From Paraspadella gotoi (taxonomy: Eukaryota > Animalia > Chaetognatha), in assembly GCA_051294375.1 (NCBI GenBank), contig CM119270.1, forward strand, positions 3,709,010 through 3,773,009: DNA of 64,000 bases, read 5' to 3'. Positions 1-11,999 of this stretch are shown here, piece by piece. The first letter of the stretch is position 1. Each line of letters begins with the position of its first letter. Under the pieces are notes generated by a model that was given only the letters and a program-made list of their open reading frames with translations, searched no databases and was not told where the DNA came from. The translations under genes and the position numbers were made by a program.

Positions 1-61
1 TGACGGGAGTAAACGAGGGCAAAGAGATTAGCGATTGGAAAATTAAAGGGAAAAAAAAAGG

Positions 62-172
62 AAAGAAAAGAAAGAAAGAAAGAAAGAAAGAAGAAAGAAA
101 GAAAGAAAGAAAGAAAGAAGAAAGAAAAGAAGAAGAAAGAAAAAGAAAGAAAGAAAAGAAAAGAAAAGAAAG
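62..172. repeat. (AAAG)n microsatellite
   Basis: Direct tandem AAAG/AAGA units. Confidence 0.9.
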
Positions 173-923
173 ATGGAAAGGAAGAAATAACGAATAACGT
201 CTTCATAATTATTATTATTATATTTTCTACATAGATATTTCTATTTGACACAATTAAATATGAAAATTATTCATTTATAAAATTGATATAATTTCTCTGA
301 TGAAAACATTTAATTACGGAATCTTGTCCTCGATTGTAATAAATGTAATAAGACTCAACGACAGTTTAATTACTTATAAAAATATCATTATCATGTTAAA
401 TTGTAGGAAGTCTTCAGGCCCAATAAACTAGATTGAACTACGTGGGATTCGAAAAAAAAATATTCTATAACCGGATTCGTCTCTTCTTATCAGATTGTTT
501 TTTTCTTTCTTTCAGCCTCAAATTAAATATTAAAAATTAATATTAATTAATTAACAACAGTTTTCTACGTTCAAATTAAAGTAAAAAAAAATGGCTTTGC
601 TTGATTCAATCACTCTTTTGTTTTAACTTTTCCCCTTTTGTTTCATTTTCATTTAAAAAGTCGCCACTTACTTATCCAATATCCATTCAAAATGTCTTTG
701 TTACAATTTTAATCATTAAAAACGCCAACTATTTTAAAGTTGCTTTTATTGTTCATTTTATTTTTTTGTTTTAAAAAAAAGAAAATAAACCCAAAAGATT
801 CATAAACTTCAAACAATTTTATTATCATATTTATTTTCTATCTGGCTGAACTAATAACTAGCAATTTACTTCAAGGCATCAACTACAAAATTGTAAAGAA
901 AAGAAAGAAAAGAAATGATTCTT

Positions 924-1180
924 AGTAGAGGACAGTAAAAGAAAGAATAGTAGAGGACAGTAAAAGAAAGAATAGTAGAGGACAGTAAAAGAAAGAATAG
1001 TAGAGGACAGTAAAAAAAATTGTAGGGGATAGAAAAAGAAAGAAAATTGGAGGACAATAAAAGAAAAATGGTGGAGGACAGTAAAAGAAAGAAAAATACA
1101 GGACAGTAAAAGAAAGAATAGTAGAGAACAGTAAAAGAAAGAAAAGTAGAGGACAGTAAAAGCAAGAACAGTAAAAGCCA
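924..1180 (+). repeat. 25-bp minisatellite AGTAGAGGACAGTAAAAGAAAGAAT
   Basis: Units start at 924, 949, 974 and 999 (period 25), then degenerate copies continue to about 1180. Confidence 0.9.
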
Positions 1181-1982
1181 GAATAAAAAAAACAAGGACA
1201 AAAGGAAAGGGGAAGACATGAATCGTCTGGGCGGATGGTGATCCTTCCGGATTAAATCGATGCATTGAAATTGCGCGTTAGAAGCGGCGGAGGACAGCAG
1301 CACCAGCTGCAGGGAATGCGGCAGCGGAGGTGGGCAGCCGCGGCAGCCAATACGAGGGCGAAGGGAGAGGGGAGCGGGTCACGTGAGGTGAGAAGGTTAT
1401 TGTGAACGGAATATCGAAAGGAATTAATTGAAGAGGGAAAGTGTGAAAATTGTGATGGAATTATGATGGAATTTTGATGGAATTGTAATGGAAGATGGAG
1501 AAGAGAAAGGATTGGACGATGGCGAAGACGACGATGAAAACAGGGCTGGGTTTCTCAAAAGACGCTGGAGCAAATTGATGGATAAGAAAAGTGGGGGGGG
1601 GGGAAAGAGAAGAAAAAAAAAGAAAAAGAAAAGTGTAAAAATAATTAAAAATGAAATATAGATAAAATTTTTAAAAATATAACAAAGAAAAGCAACAATA
1701 TTCCATAAAAACAACAAAGAAATAAAACAATTGAGAAAAAAAAGAAAATTGAATCTGGATAGAAAAAAATACAGAAAAAAAATAAATTGAGAGAGAGAGA
1801 AAGAAAAAAAAAGAAAAAAAAAGAAAAAATAAGAAAGAAAAAAAATAAAGAAAAAACAAGAAAGAAAAAAAATTTCGATAATAAAACCGAAAAAAAAAGG
1901 AAAGGAATCTTACTCGCGGGAAAACAACGACGGAAGTTCTCTCCTTTCCAAACGTCTCTTTCAAGGTGATATCGATTATAGT

Positions 1983-2057
<75 letters not shown>

Positions 2058-2739
2058 GTAATCTCGGTCGAGGAGGAAAATGGATTTCGCCTTCGCTTCG
2101 TCGCGACCACAAATCGTGAGACGACGTGTGACTTTTCTCTTCGATCGTCTAAACTTGAAAAAAGGAGGAAAGGAAAGAAAAAAGGTGGAAAGGAAAGAAA
2201 AAAGGAGGAAAGGAAACAAAAAAGGAGAGGAGAGGAAATAAAGGAAATAAACTAATGGTACGAAAAAAAAGAAGTAAAAGCAAAGGAGGAAAGTAAAATG
2301 ACAAAACAAAAAATAAAGAAAAAAAGGAGGAAAGGAGAGATAAAAGGAGGAAAGAAAAGAAAAAAAAATAAACGAAATTATTTACAGGTAAAAGAAGAAA
2401 AAAAATAAAAGGAAGATGGAAAAAATAAAAAAAAGAATAAAGGAGGAAAAGAGAAAAGGAAATAAAAAAGAAAAAAATGAAGGAAGGAGGAAAGAAAAGA
2501 CATAAAAAAAAGAAAAGATTTCGACTTTAACGATTTTCGTTTAGAATTTGAATATCTATTTACGATCACGTGACAAACCTTTTTTTCTCTACGTGGATTG
2601 AGGTGGAGAATCCCTCGTTCAGTCGCCAATCTGCTTGTCAATCACGCAAGCACTGGCATTCAATAGAGATTTGCGATCTTAATTGTTACTGATGCCGTTG
2701 TGGAATCGTTACATACTTTTTTCTCAATCTCCGATCTCC

Positions 2740-3130
2740 GACCACCCAACCACCAATCACCGACCAATAACATCTTTAATCACCGATTTAATTATCCCCT
2801 GATCACCGTCCAATCACCTTTGCAATGATCGACCAATCACCTTTTTAAATCACTCCCCAATCACCGACCAATTACACACTAATCACCTTTTTAAATCACC
2901 CACAAATCAACGACGATTCACTTATTCAATCGCCTATCAATCACCTTTTAAAATCACCCACCAATCACCGAACAATCACATCTTTAATCCCATTTTTAAA
3001 TCACCCTCCAATCATCGACCAATCACCTCATCAATCACCTACCAATCACCTCATCAATCACCCACCAATCAATTTTTAAATCACCCTCCAATCACCTACC
3101 AATCACCTCATCAATCACCCACCAATCATC
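2740..3130 (+). repeat. Degenerate CCAATCAC(C) tandem array
   Basis: Many CAATCAC/AAATCAC cores, interspersed with TTTTTAAATCAC. Confidence 0.85.
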
Positions 3131-3298
3131 GACGCGCCACTCGTTGCGCCATTTAGCCTCGCGACAAAGACGCCGTCTCTTTTTCCTCTTCATTTGACAT
3201 TCGTTTCCCCGGCCTCTCTCTCCAAGCGTCGCAGCGAGAAACTAATTCTTCAATAGTGAGAGGAGAGAGAGAGAGAGAGAAGAGAGGAGAGGAGAGAG

Positions 3299-3330
<32 letters not shown>

Positions 3331-4596
3331 GATGAAGAGAGAGAGAAGGAGAGAAGAAAGAGAGAGGAGAGATGACAGCAGAGAGCGAAGTGGCCTGTTT
3401 GTCTTCCGCATTTTCGCAATTTGTTATCTTTCTGTTTGGCTTCTGCTTTCTTCGCCCTACAGAGTGTTGTTTGGGCGAATGTGGATAGGGCGAAGAAGGA
3501 GTAGAGAGTAGAGAGAGTTTAGTCAGGTGAGACCTGAGGAGAGTAGGCTTGTTTCTCGTCTTGCTGCTGCTTCTCTCTGGCTATCTTTGCGTCTCTTCTG
3601 CTCTCTCGTGTCGTTCTCTCTTCATGCTCTGCTCTGCATTGCTCGTGTCCGTCTANNNNNNNNNNNNNNNNNNNNNNNNNACTCACTTTCCTTTTAAACA
3701 AACAACATGCAAAACATTCAAAATTCATTTTTTCTCAACACCGAATTTCATCTGGATCCCATGAGTGCCTCAAAGCACCAAGGCCGCACCCCGCAGCCGC
3801 TGCAGCCGCTGCCGCCCGCCGCCGCAGCCGATGCGCCCCTCAGCAACCATCTGTTCCGCCTCTGGCGTTGGAGCTTTCAAGGTGGGCGCCCGTTCAAATG
3901 CCACTGTCGCGCCCGGCCACCCCACCGCAGTCGGCGCGAAGGCCGCCGCCGCCGTAGCCCCTCACGTGTCGCAGAAAAAAAGCCCACGTCAGCAAGTCTA
4001 ACATTATCGTCGTCGTCGTCGTCGTCGTCGTCAGTCGCTATCCTCACACAATCACCCCTCTCGCAACCGATCTCAACCCCCTGACAGCCCATCGCGGGTA
4101 TCGCGCGCTCCTTGACGGACTTGTGGCTTGCCCCCGACGGCGAGCACCCCTGTCGCTACGCCCTTTTGCCCCGATAACCCGGCCCGCTCCGCGAAGCGTC
4201 GGGGCAGAGCGGGCCTTTGTCCCCGCTCTCTTCGTTTGCTTCTTCTTTCAATCGGCAGTGGGGCCGATGCAAGCGGCGTGCGCAGCGGCGGCGGCTGCGG
4301 CGTCCAGCGGCAGTTGTCGACGCCCTTCTTCTCTGCCGACGCCGAGCATGCGAGTGGGACGGATTGCAGTTTCACTGGACGCCATGCAAACCCACGGGCG
4401 CCGCCAGCTTCTGCAAACGATGAACTTCGGTTCTGAAGCAGGCGCCGCAGACTGCAGGCAGCCGCCGCTAGAACCGGCGTCTTTTTCACAACCGGGAGAC
4501 TTCGATGCGGCGTCACGTTTTTCTCTCCGGCGCCATTCTTGGGCGTCGGGTTTCCAACCTCGCGCTCTGGTGAGTTGAAGGGAGAGAGAGAGAGAC

Positions 4597-4635
<39 letters not shown>

Positions 4636-4646
4636 AGAGGAGAGAG

Positions 4647-4680
<34 letters not shown>

Positions 4681-4934
4681 GAGAGTTGAGAGAGAGAGCA
4701 GAGAAGAGAGAGGAGAGAGAAGAGAGAGAGAGAGTAGACGAGAGATGCGAGAGAAAAGAGGGCGGAAAAACAAGCAAAACTGAGGAGCTTTTAGAAAGGT
4801 AAAGGATCAATGTATTATGCAAATTCGACCATAGCGAAAAAAAAGAGAGAGAGGTTATGGGGGTGAAGCGAAAGAGAAGACTTAGAGAAGCGTACAGCCT
4901 TTAGACAACTACAGTGGCGGCGGTCGATAACGAA

Positions 4935-4971
<37 letters not shown>

Positions 4972-5180
4972 AGAGAGAGACGTATGAGAGAGAGAGAGAA
5001 GAGAGAGAAAGCGAGAGAGAAAAGACGAGAGATGAGACGCACATCGCAAATCGAGTCGAGAAGTGAATTGGAGGAGTAGAAAGAAAATCGGGGAATGAGA
5101 AACCATTAATCACAGTCGGCCTCCGTCGGGATATGAGCGCCGAGCGACGGCAAGAGGAGAGAGAAAGACGAAGGGAGAAG

Positions 5181-5231
<51 letters not shown>

Positions 5232-6230
5232 AGAATGAGAACCCATTTGTAAACAGAGAAAATCGTCTTTGGAGACAAACTTTTAGGACTTTTCAAAGCT
5301 TCTCTATTTCTCCGACGATGAAGAGAAAGTGAAGGGTGGAGGGTGGAAGAGTGAGAGGGTGAGAGAGTGAGAGGGAGAGAGGGTGAGAGGTAGAGAGGGT
5401 AAAGCGTGAGAGAGTGAGAGGGTGAGAGAGAGAGAGAGGGTGGGAGTGAATTGAAAAGGTGGGTAAATGTGGACAATGGGTTGAAGGAAAATTAACTGAG
5501 AAAAACTGGACAATTTTAAAAGATAATACGATTATCGGAATGACGACGCTGTCGCTTTTGAATCAGAGGAAAATAATTTAACTAGTCTAAGATGATAACA
5601 ATATTATTAAGAAATGATAGCAACCGATATGAAGTGATTCATTCATTCAATAAACCATTTTGCCAATGACCTTGGACAAGCTACGGTTGGTTTAGTCCTC
5701 AATCGCTATATAATATAACTATGTACTTTTCTATATTACTAAAACTTAATGATTTTACTTATTTTTTTAAGGGAAACTTCTTTAAATTCAAAAATGGAGA
5801 GAAAATAGAAAATCGGCTCGGTCCGGAAATCCGCCCTTCACTCTAATTTGCTAAAACGGGCCGCAGTTTATCGTCATCGTCATCGTTATCGTCGTCGCTG
5901 TCGATATTGACGTCGGCGTCATTGTCATCAAGACATTGTCGTAATAGTCATCGTCATCTTCGTCGTCATCTTCGTCGTCGTTTTCGTCGTCGTTTTCGTC
6001 GTCATCTTCGTCGTCGTTTTCGTCGTCAATCCCCCGAAAAAGGAGCCGGAAAAAAAAATAGAAAACGTGAAATCTTTTGGGGTTTGTCGGAAGTGGGCGG
6101 AACTCTGGACGATTAGTCGGACATAAAAGAGATTTGTGGGAAAATATTAGGAATACATAAATGAAAACGGAGAGAGGGATTAAGCCAAAGTTAAAACTGT
6201 TAAGTGCGTTAATATTTGAGATGGAACGGG

Positions 6231-6266
<36 letters not shown>

Positions 6267-6499
6267 CAAATAAATGGAAAGAGGCTTTAAAGAAACGACA
6301 TAGAGAGAATACATCGCTGACGGGATGAAAAAGATTTGCAGTTTTTAAGGAAAAACCGAAAAAGAGCGTAATCCCATTCCTTGCATTGCATTTCAAAGTC
6401 ATTTTCTTTGGTCCCTTCACCCCTTCAACACTCCCCCGGAGAGGTGGGGGGTATAATTAGGCAAAATGGAGAAGGAGAGAGAGAGAGAGAGAGAGATGG

Positions 6500-6539
<40 letters not shown>

Positions 6540-7690
6540 GAATCGAGAGAGCAGCTCCGAGAGATACTCAACATCTATAAATTTCAACAGTAATCTGTCA
6601 TGTCGTTGTTGGTTGTTTGTTGTTGTTATTTTTTTTGACGTCGCGTCGGCCGACGGCGCGCCAAAACAAACAACAACAAACAACGGACAAACAACACTCA
6701 GAAACCCACATGTCGTCTCTTTAATTATTAATCTAGGTTTTTTCTTGATTCCTTCCCAATTGCCGGAGGAAGGAATGGCAATCTCTCTCATCACCTCGGT
6801 CTCTCTCTCATTGTAGTCTCGTCGATCGGACTCCGATCATTGTGATCCAATCATTCTCTCTCGAGCCTCTCACTCAAATTCAATAAACTCGTCACCAAAT
6901 TATCTGCCTCAATATCTTGACTTCTTGCTCTCTCATCTTTCCTCCATTCTCAACTATTTCAATTTCCTCTCTGTCTTCAGCACGTCTAACATCCCAAGCT
7001 CATATTTCACATGATCTCGTTTCTTTTCTCTTTCCTTTCCCCTCTCACACTTTAATTCTTTGTGCTTGGTTAAAAGAATAATGTGGAAATTGAAAAATTA
7101 TTTTAAAAATGCTGAATAGTGAATAATATATTAGATGAAATAACAGAAGAAAAAAAGAAAGAAAAAGAAAAAGTCAAAAGAAACTTGTTCTTTTCTCCGA
7201 ATCTTTATTTCCAAATTTTGTTTCGGCACTTAAAATTTGGCCCAAAATTAGGCCCAAAAATTGGGCCCGAAATTGGGCCCAAAAATGAACCAAAAAAATC
7301 GTGCCCAAAATTGGACTCGTGTTTCTTTAACCCAATTGGAATCGACGTCAACCGCCGACGTCGTTTATCAACCGAGAAAAAANNNNNNNNNNNNNNNNNN
7401 NNNNNNNNNNNNNNNNNNNNNNNNNNNNNNNNNNNNNNNNNNNNNNNNNNNNNNNNNNNNNNNNNNNNNNNNNNNNNNNNNNNNNNNNNNNNNNNNNNNN
7501 NNNNNNNNNNNNNNNNNNNNNNNNNNNNNNNNNNNNNNNNNNNNNNNNNNNNNNNNNNNNNNNNNNNNNNNNNNNNNNNNNNNNNNNNNNNCCCCCCCCC
7601 GTCCTCAAACTTAATTTGGTCAAACGAGGCAGCGTCTCGCAAGGTAAGTGAAAAGGAAACTGGGTAAGGTTTTTTTTTATAAACAATCCT

Positions 7691-7980
7691 TTGTCGGCAA
7701 GGGTCGCTAAGGTAACGGCCATGTTGGAAGCGACCATGTCAGCAGGAGCCGCTTTGGTCGTGGCTATGTCGACAGCGGCTCTGTTGGCAGTGGCCGCTTC
7801 CGCAGCAGAGATGCTGGCAGACGCCATGTCGGCAAAGGCCGATCTGGCACAGGCCGTGTCGGCAAAGGCCGCTAGGGCACAGTCCATGTAGGCAAAAGTC
7901 GCTAGGGCACTGTCCATGTAGGCAAAAGTCGCTCGGGCACAGTCCATGTAGGCAAAAGCCGCTCCTGCAGCAGCGATCCC
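7691..7980. repeat. 15/30-bp periodic GC-rich tandem repeat (Ala-rich open frame on the minus strand)
   Basis: Units such as ATGTCGGCAAAGGCC/GATCTGGCACAGGCC and ATGTAGGCAAAAGTCGCTAGGGCACAGTCC; the 15-nt phase is kept throughout; minus frame reads AFAYMDCALA-like repeats. Confidence 0.8.
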
Positions 7981-9134
7981 CAAATTTCCCTTTTTGACTC
8001 CCGTTGCTTTATTTGCTCTGGCGGAAGATTCGCGCTGTTCTTTTATTATTCATGCAATTTTAGCGGGAAAAATGGGAGGAAAATGATATAAGAAAAAAGG
8101 AAAAGAAAAGGAAAAAAGGAATGAAAAAGATATAAAGAAAAAAGGAAAAGAATAGGAAAGAAAAAAAGGAATGAAAAAGAAATAAAAAGGCCAAAAAATA
8201 TAAACACAAAAAAAGAAATGAAAAAAAAGGAAAAAAATGAAACAAAAAGAAAAGAAAAGGAAAAAAAAGGGAAAAAAAAGGAGCCTAAATCTTTGTTTTC
8301 GTTTCGCAGAATGAGAGACAATAAGCTATCATTAATGTGAAGATCTGACAGGATTTACAAGCAAATCATTGAATTAGTTTTTAGTTATAAACTTACTTAA
8401 TAGTAATAAAATAAAAAGAAATATATGGATAAAACGGAATTTAAGAGACCAGACTGTCCAGTGTTTATCTTTTTTTACTCTATTTTTGGCAACAAAAAGA
8501 AAAATTCTTAAATTCTTTTCTTAGAAAAGGACGAAATCTTTCGCCATAAAATCTCAACCATTTTTGTACCCAAAAAAAAGTAAACAGAAATGCAACCAAA
8601 ATCTCAGCTTTGTTGCCCCACAATAAGACTCTCTGTTTCGCGGCCACAAAATCCAATTCACCCTCTCACACCTCACCCCTTCCTGACACCTCACACTTCC
8701 CTCACATCTCACCCTTCACTCACACCTCACTCCTCCCCTCACACCCGCCCCAGCACAGCACTGCCACTTTGTCGCCCACCATCAAGATCTCTGCTTTCGC
8801 GGCTACACACATCCCCGACATTCACGCTCTACCACCTCACCCTCCTCTCGACATACACTTTCACACACCTCTCACCTCTCCCACTCCACCCCTCACTCAG
8901 CTCCTCGCCAACCCATCACACCTCACTTCTAACGTCCCCCGCTACCCGCTCCCTCGACACCTCAGTCTCGCTCACCACCATAATCTCACATACCGCTACC
9001 ATTACGACTATCGCGCCCATCCTGCACACCTCAGACTGCCTCCCTTCACCACACAATTCGCGGCCCAATATTTTTTTTCAATTCCAGAGTGCTCCCGATA
9101 TTTTCTCCAGATTCCCTTTGAAAAAAAAAAAGCC

Positions 9135-9200
<66 letters not shown>

Positions 9201-9649
9201 GAAGAAGAGAGAGAGAGAGAAGAGAAGGAAGTCGGGGTGACAGTATCATCTGGGTCCCGGGATGGGAAGAGTAATGGAAAATTAAGGAGTACAGGGGGAA
9301 GGGAGAAGGAGGAAAGGAACGGCGGAGAGAAGTAAGGGAGGAGGAAAGGAAGGCGCCAAAGAGAGAAAGGAAAAAGAGAGAAAGAAAAAAGGGCAACAGG
9401 ATGATCGCGACGAGAGGAAAGAGAGGGACGGCGCCTTTCCCCTTTTCCATTTCCTGACCCTGAGCGGGCGGCGCCCCGCGTGGATGGACCCCGGATGTGG
9501 GCCGAGGACCCGGGATGGAGGGGGAGGCGGAGGAGGGGGAGGGCTGTCAACTGGATCTGGATTAGCAGAGGGAAGAGGTGAGAGAGAGAGATGAGAGGAG
9601 AGAGAGAGAGAGAGAGAGAGGAGANNNNNNNNNNNNNNNNNNNNNNNNN

Positions 9650-9681
<32 letters not shown>

Positions 9682-10112
9682 CCGGAGAATAGCTTCTCCG
9701 TCACGACAGGGGCCAAAGATGTCGCGATTTTGGGAGAAAAACTAAAAAAATAAATAAGATTCTATTCTTTAATAATTAAATAATATAAGAAAAAGAAGAT
9801 AGAAAGTGAGTTTAACTAAATACATACAATTTAATAAGGCTACAACTGGCTAGATTAAATTCAGTCAGTTTGTACTCATCTCATCTCATCGACAAATAGA
9901 GGCTCCAGTTTAATCTATTTTCATTAAAGTTTAAACTCAGAAAATGAAGAAAAAAAAGAAGAAAATTTGCGTTGATAAAAAGAAGAAAAAATGTTTGAAA
10001 GGAAAAGAAGAAAAAATCTGAGAAAATAAAAAGAGAGAAAAAAAACCAAGGACAAAGATAAAAAAAGAGGAGGAAAATAAAAAATATCTAAATAAATGAA
10101 TAAATAATAAAA

Positions 10113-10114
10113 AA

Positions 10115-10209
<95 letters not shown>

Positions 10210-10216
10210 AGTAAAA

Positions 10217-10288
<72 letters not shown>

Positions 10289-10290
10289 AA
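10113..10290. repeat. Compound (AAAT)n + (AAAG)n microsatellite
   Basis: Direct tandem units. Confidence 0.95.
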
Positions 10291-10532
10291 AAAAAAGAAA
10301 GAGATTTGAATTTGTAATTCGAGAGATTTTCTTTTGCTCACGATCTCCTTTTTCCCTTTTATTCGAAACGACCTCCAGCGGTCATTTCAAAGCTGCCATT
10401 TTCGTGGAAGACGCAGCGCCCTTCTCGAAAAAGAAAAGCATGGAAAATATTTAGCATAACGGAACATTATTCATAACATTCTTTGAAACATTATGCCACT
10501 TCATTGATAGAGAAGCCAGGTACTCTGGGAGT

Positions 10533-10715
10533 GAATAAACGAGACTGTGAGAGAGTCTTGATTGAAAGCTTGCAGGAACCTGCTATGTCATTATCTTGTA
10601 AGAGTGATGGAGGCCTCAAACCATCAAAGCCTGTCCAAAGTCAGGGGAAAGATAGCTTATTTATTAAATGAATGGATAATTTTTATATTGATTGTACCAA
10701 TGTCATTATATTATA
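10533..10715 (+). repeat. Dispersed ~150-180 bp repeat, copy A
   Basis: Core TCTTGATTGAAAGCTTGCAGG..CTGCTATGTCATTATCTTGTAAGAG..GCCTGTCCAAAGTCAGG..GATAGC recurs at 19785, 38801 and, inverted, at 44513 and 47066. Confidence 0.75.
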
Positions 10716-11999
10716 ACCTCATTATAAGCAAACCTTAAAGTCCGTATAAAATATAACGCAGGAGACTCCTATTCCCAGTAAGATTATCTCACATCAGCTG
10801 ACTGCTCTCTCTACCCAGTGCAAGTTAAGCAAGCAAAAGAAGCTAAAATGTTGTTTAGACCGTGTCAAAAAACTAAAAACTAAAACAAAACAACAAAACA
10901 AAAATGTAAATAAACAAATTGGAAAAGTGAGGGATTTTTTTTTCGTTTTATTTATTCATAGAATTTCATTTTTGATTATAAAATTTTTATTGATAAAAAA
11001 AAAATTAGAAATTAAGAATTCTTGGAAATGCTTATGTCGAAAGATACATCGATAATATTAATAAAATAGTTTTAGTCGTTTCATTTTTAATCTTATTCAA
11101 ATCGTTTTGAAGTTGATCCAATAAAATCGAAACATCAATGAATCAAAAAACGAGAAAATGGCTCTTTAGCGGATTCGCTTTAAGCCTACTCCACGGTGCT
11201 AACAATAAGAATGATAATAAGGGAGCTCGATGCAGCGCGCTGATCTGATTCTCTGGAATTAATAATTCAGAGGGGAAGACTGACAGAGAGACAGAGACGA
11301 TATGCGAAGACGAGAGATAGAGAGAGAGAGCGAGAAGATCTTTTTGATTTTGAATACAGTTTATTGGCACACTGGGATATCATCGGTGCATATCTAGCCG
11401 CCAACCCAGTTTAAATCACGTCCTTTAAGGCGACCATTTAAGTTACACACACGACCAGCCTTTTGATACCATATATGACAAATTTTTAGGCTCCTATTAC
11501 ATCATATGTTTCCATAACGTATGATGGAAAACACAAACGTTCTGAACCTTGCTAAAATTAACTCCGGCATATCTAGGCATCTGAGTGCTATAACTTTCTA
11601 TCGAATACACGTTGGGTCACTCCGTATAATCGCGTTGACACGAAAGACAAAAATATTGACAACTTGCATAAAAAGCTACCCGATTCAGAGGTAAAATTAG
11701 TTAATCGTACCAGTCATACCGAAGCCCAAACAACCACATCAAAAATAGGTTTGCTTAACTGTTAATCAATAGCAGTTCCGTCTATAACTCACGGAACCTC
11801 ACTTGGTTACATCCAAAACAAATTAAAGTTAATTTGCGCCTCGTGAATTTACTTGTTCCAAGACCAAGTTAAATGTACTAATTAGCGTCTCAGTAGAGTT
11901 TGATAAAATAAAAAAAATAAAAAAATTTTTGATTAATTTAATTAATTTGGACCCCCTTCGGGGCAGGCCCCCTTTTCTCTTCCTCCGACAGATTCACCG

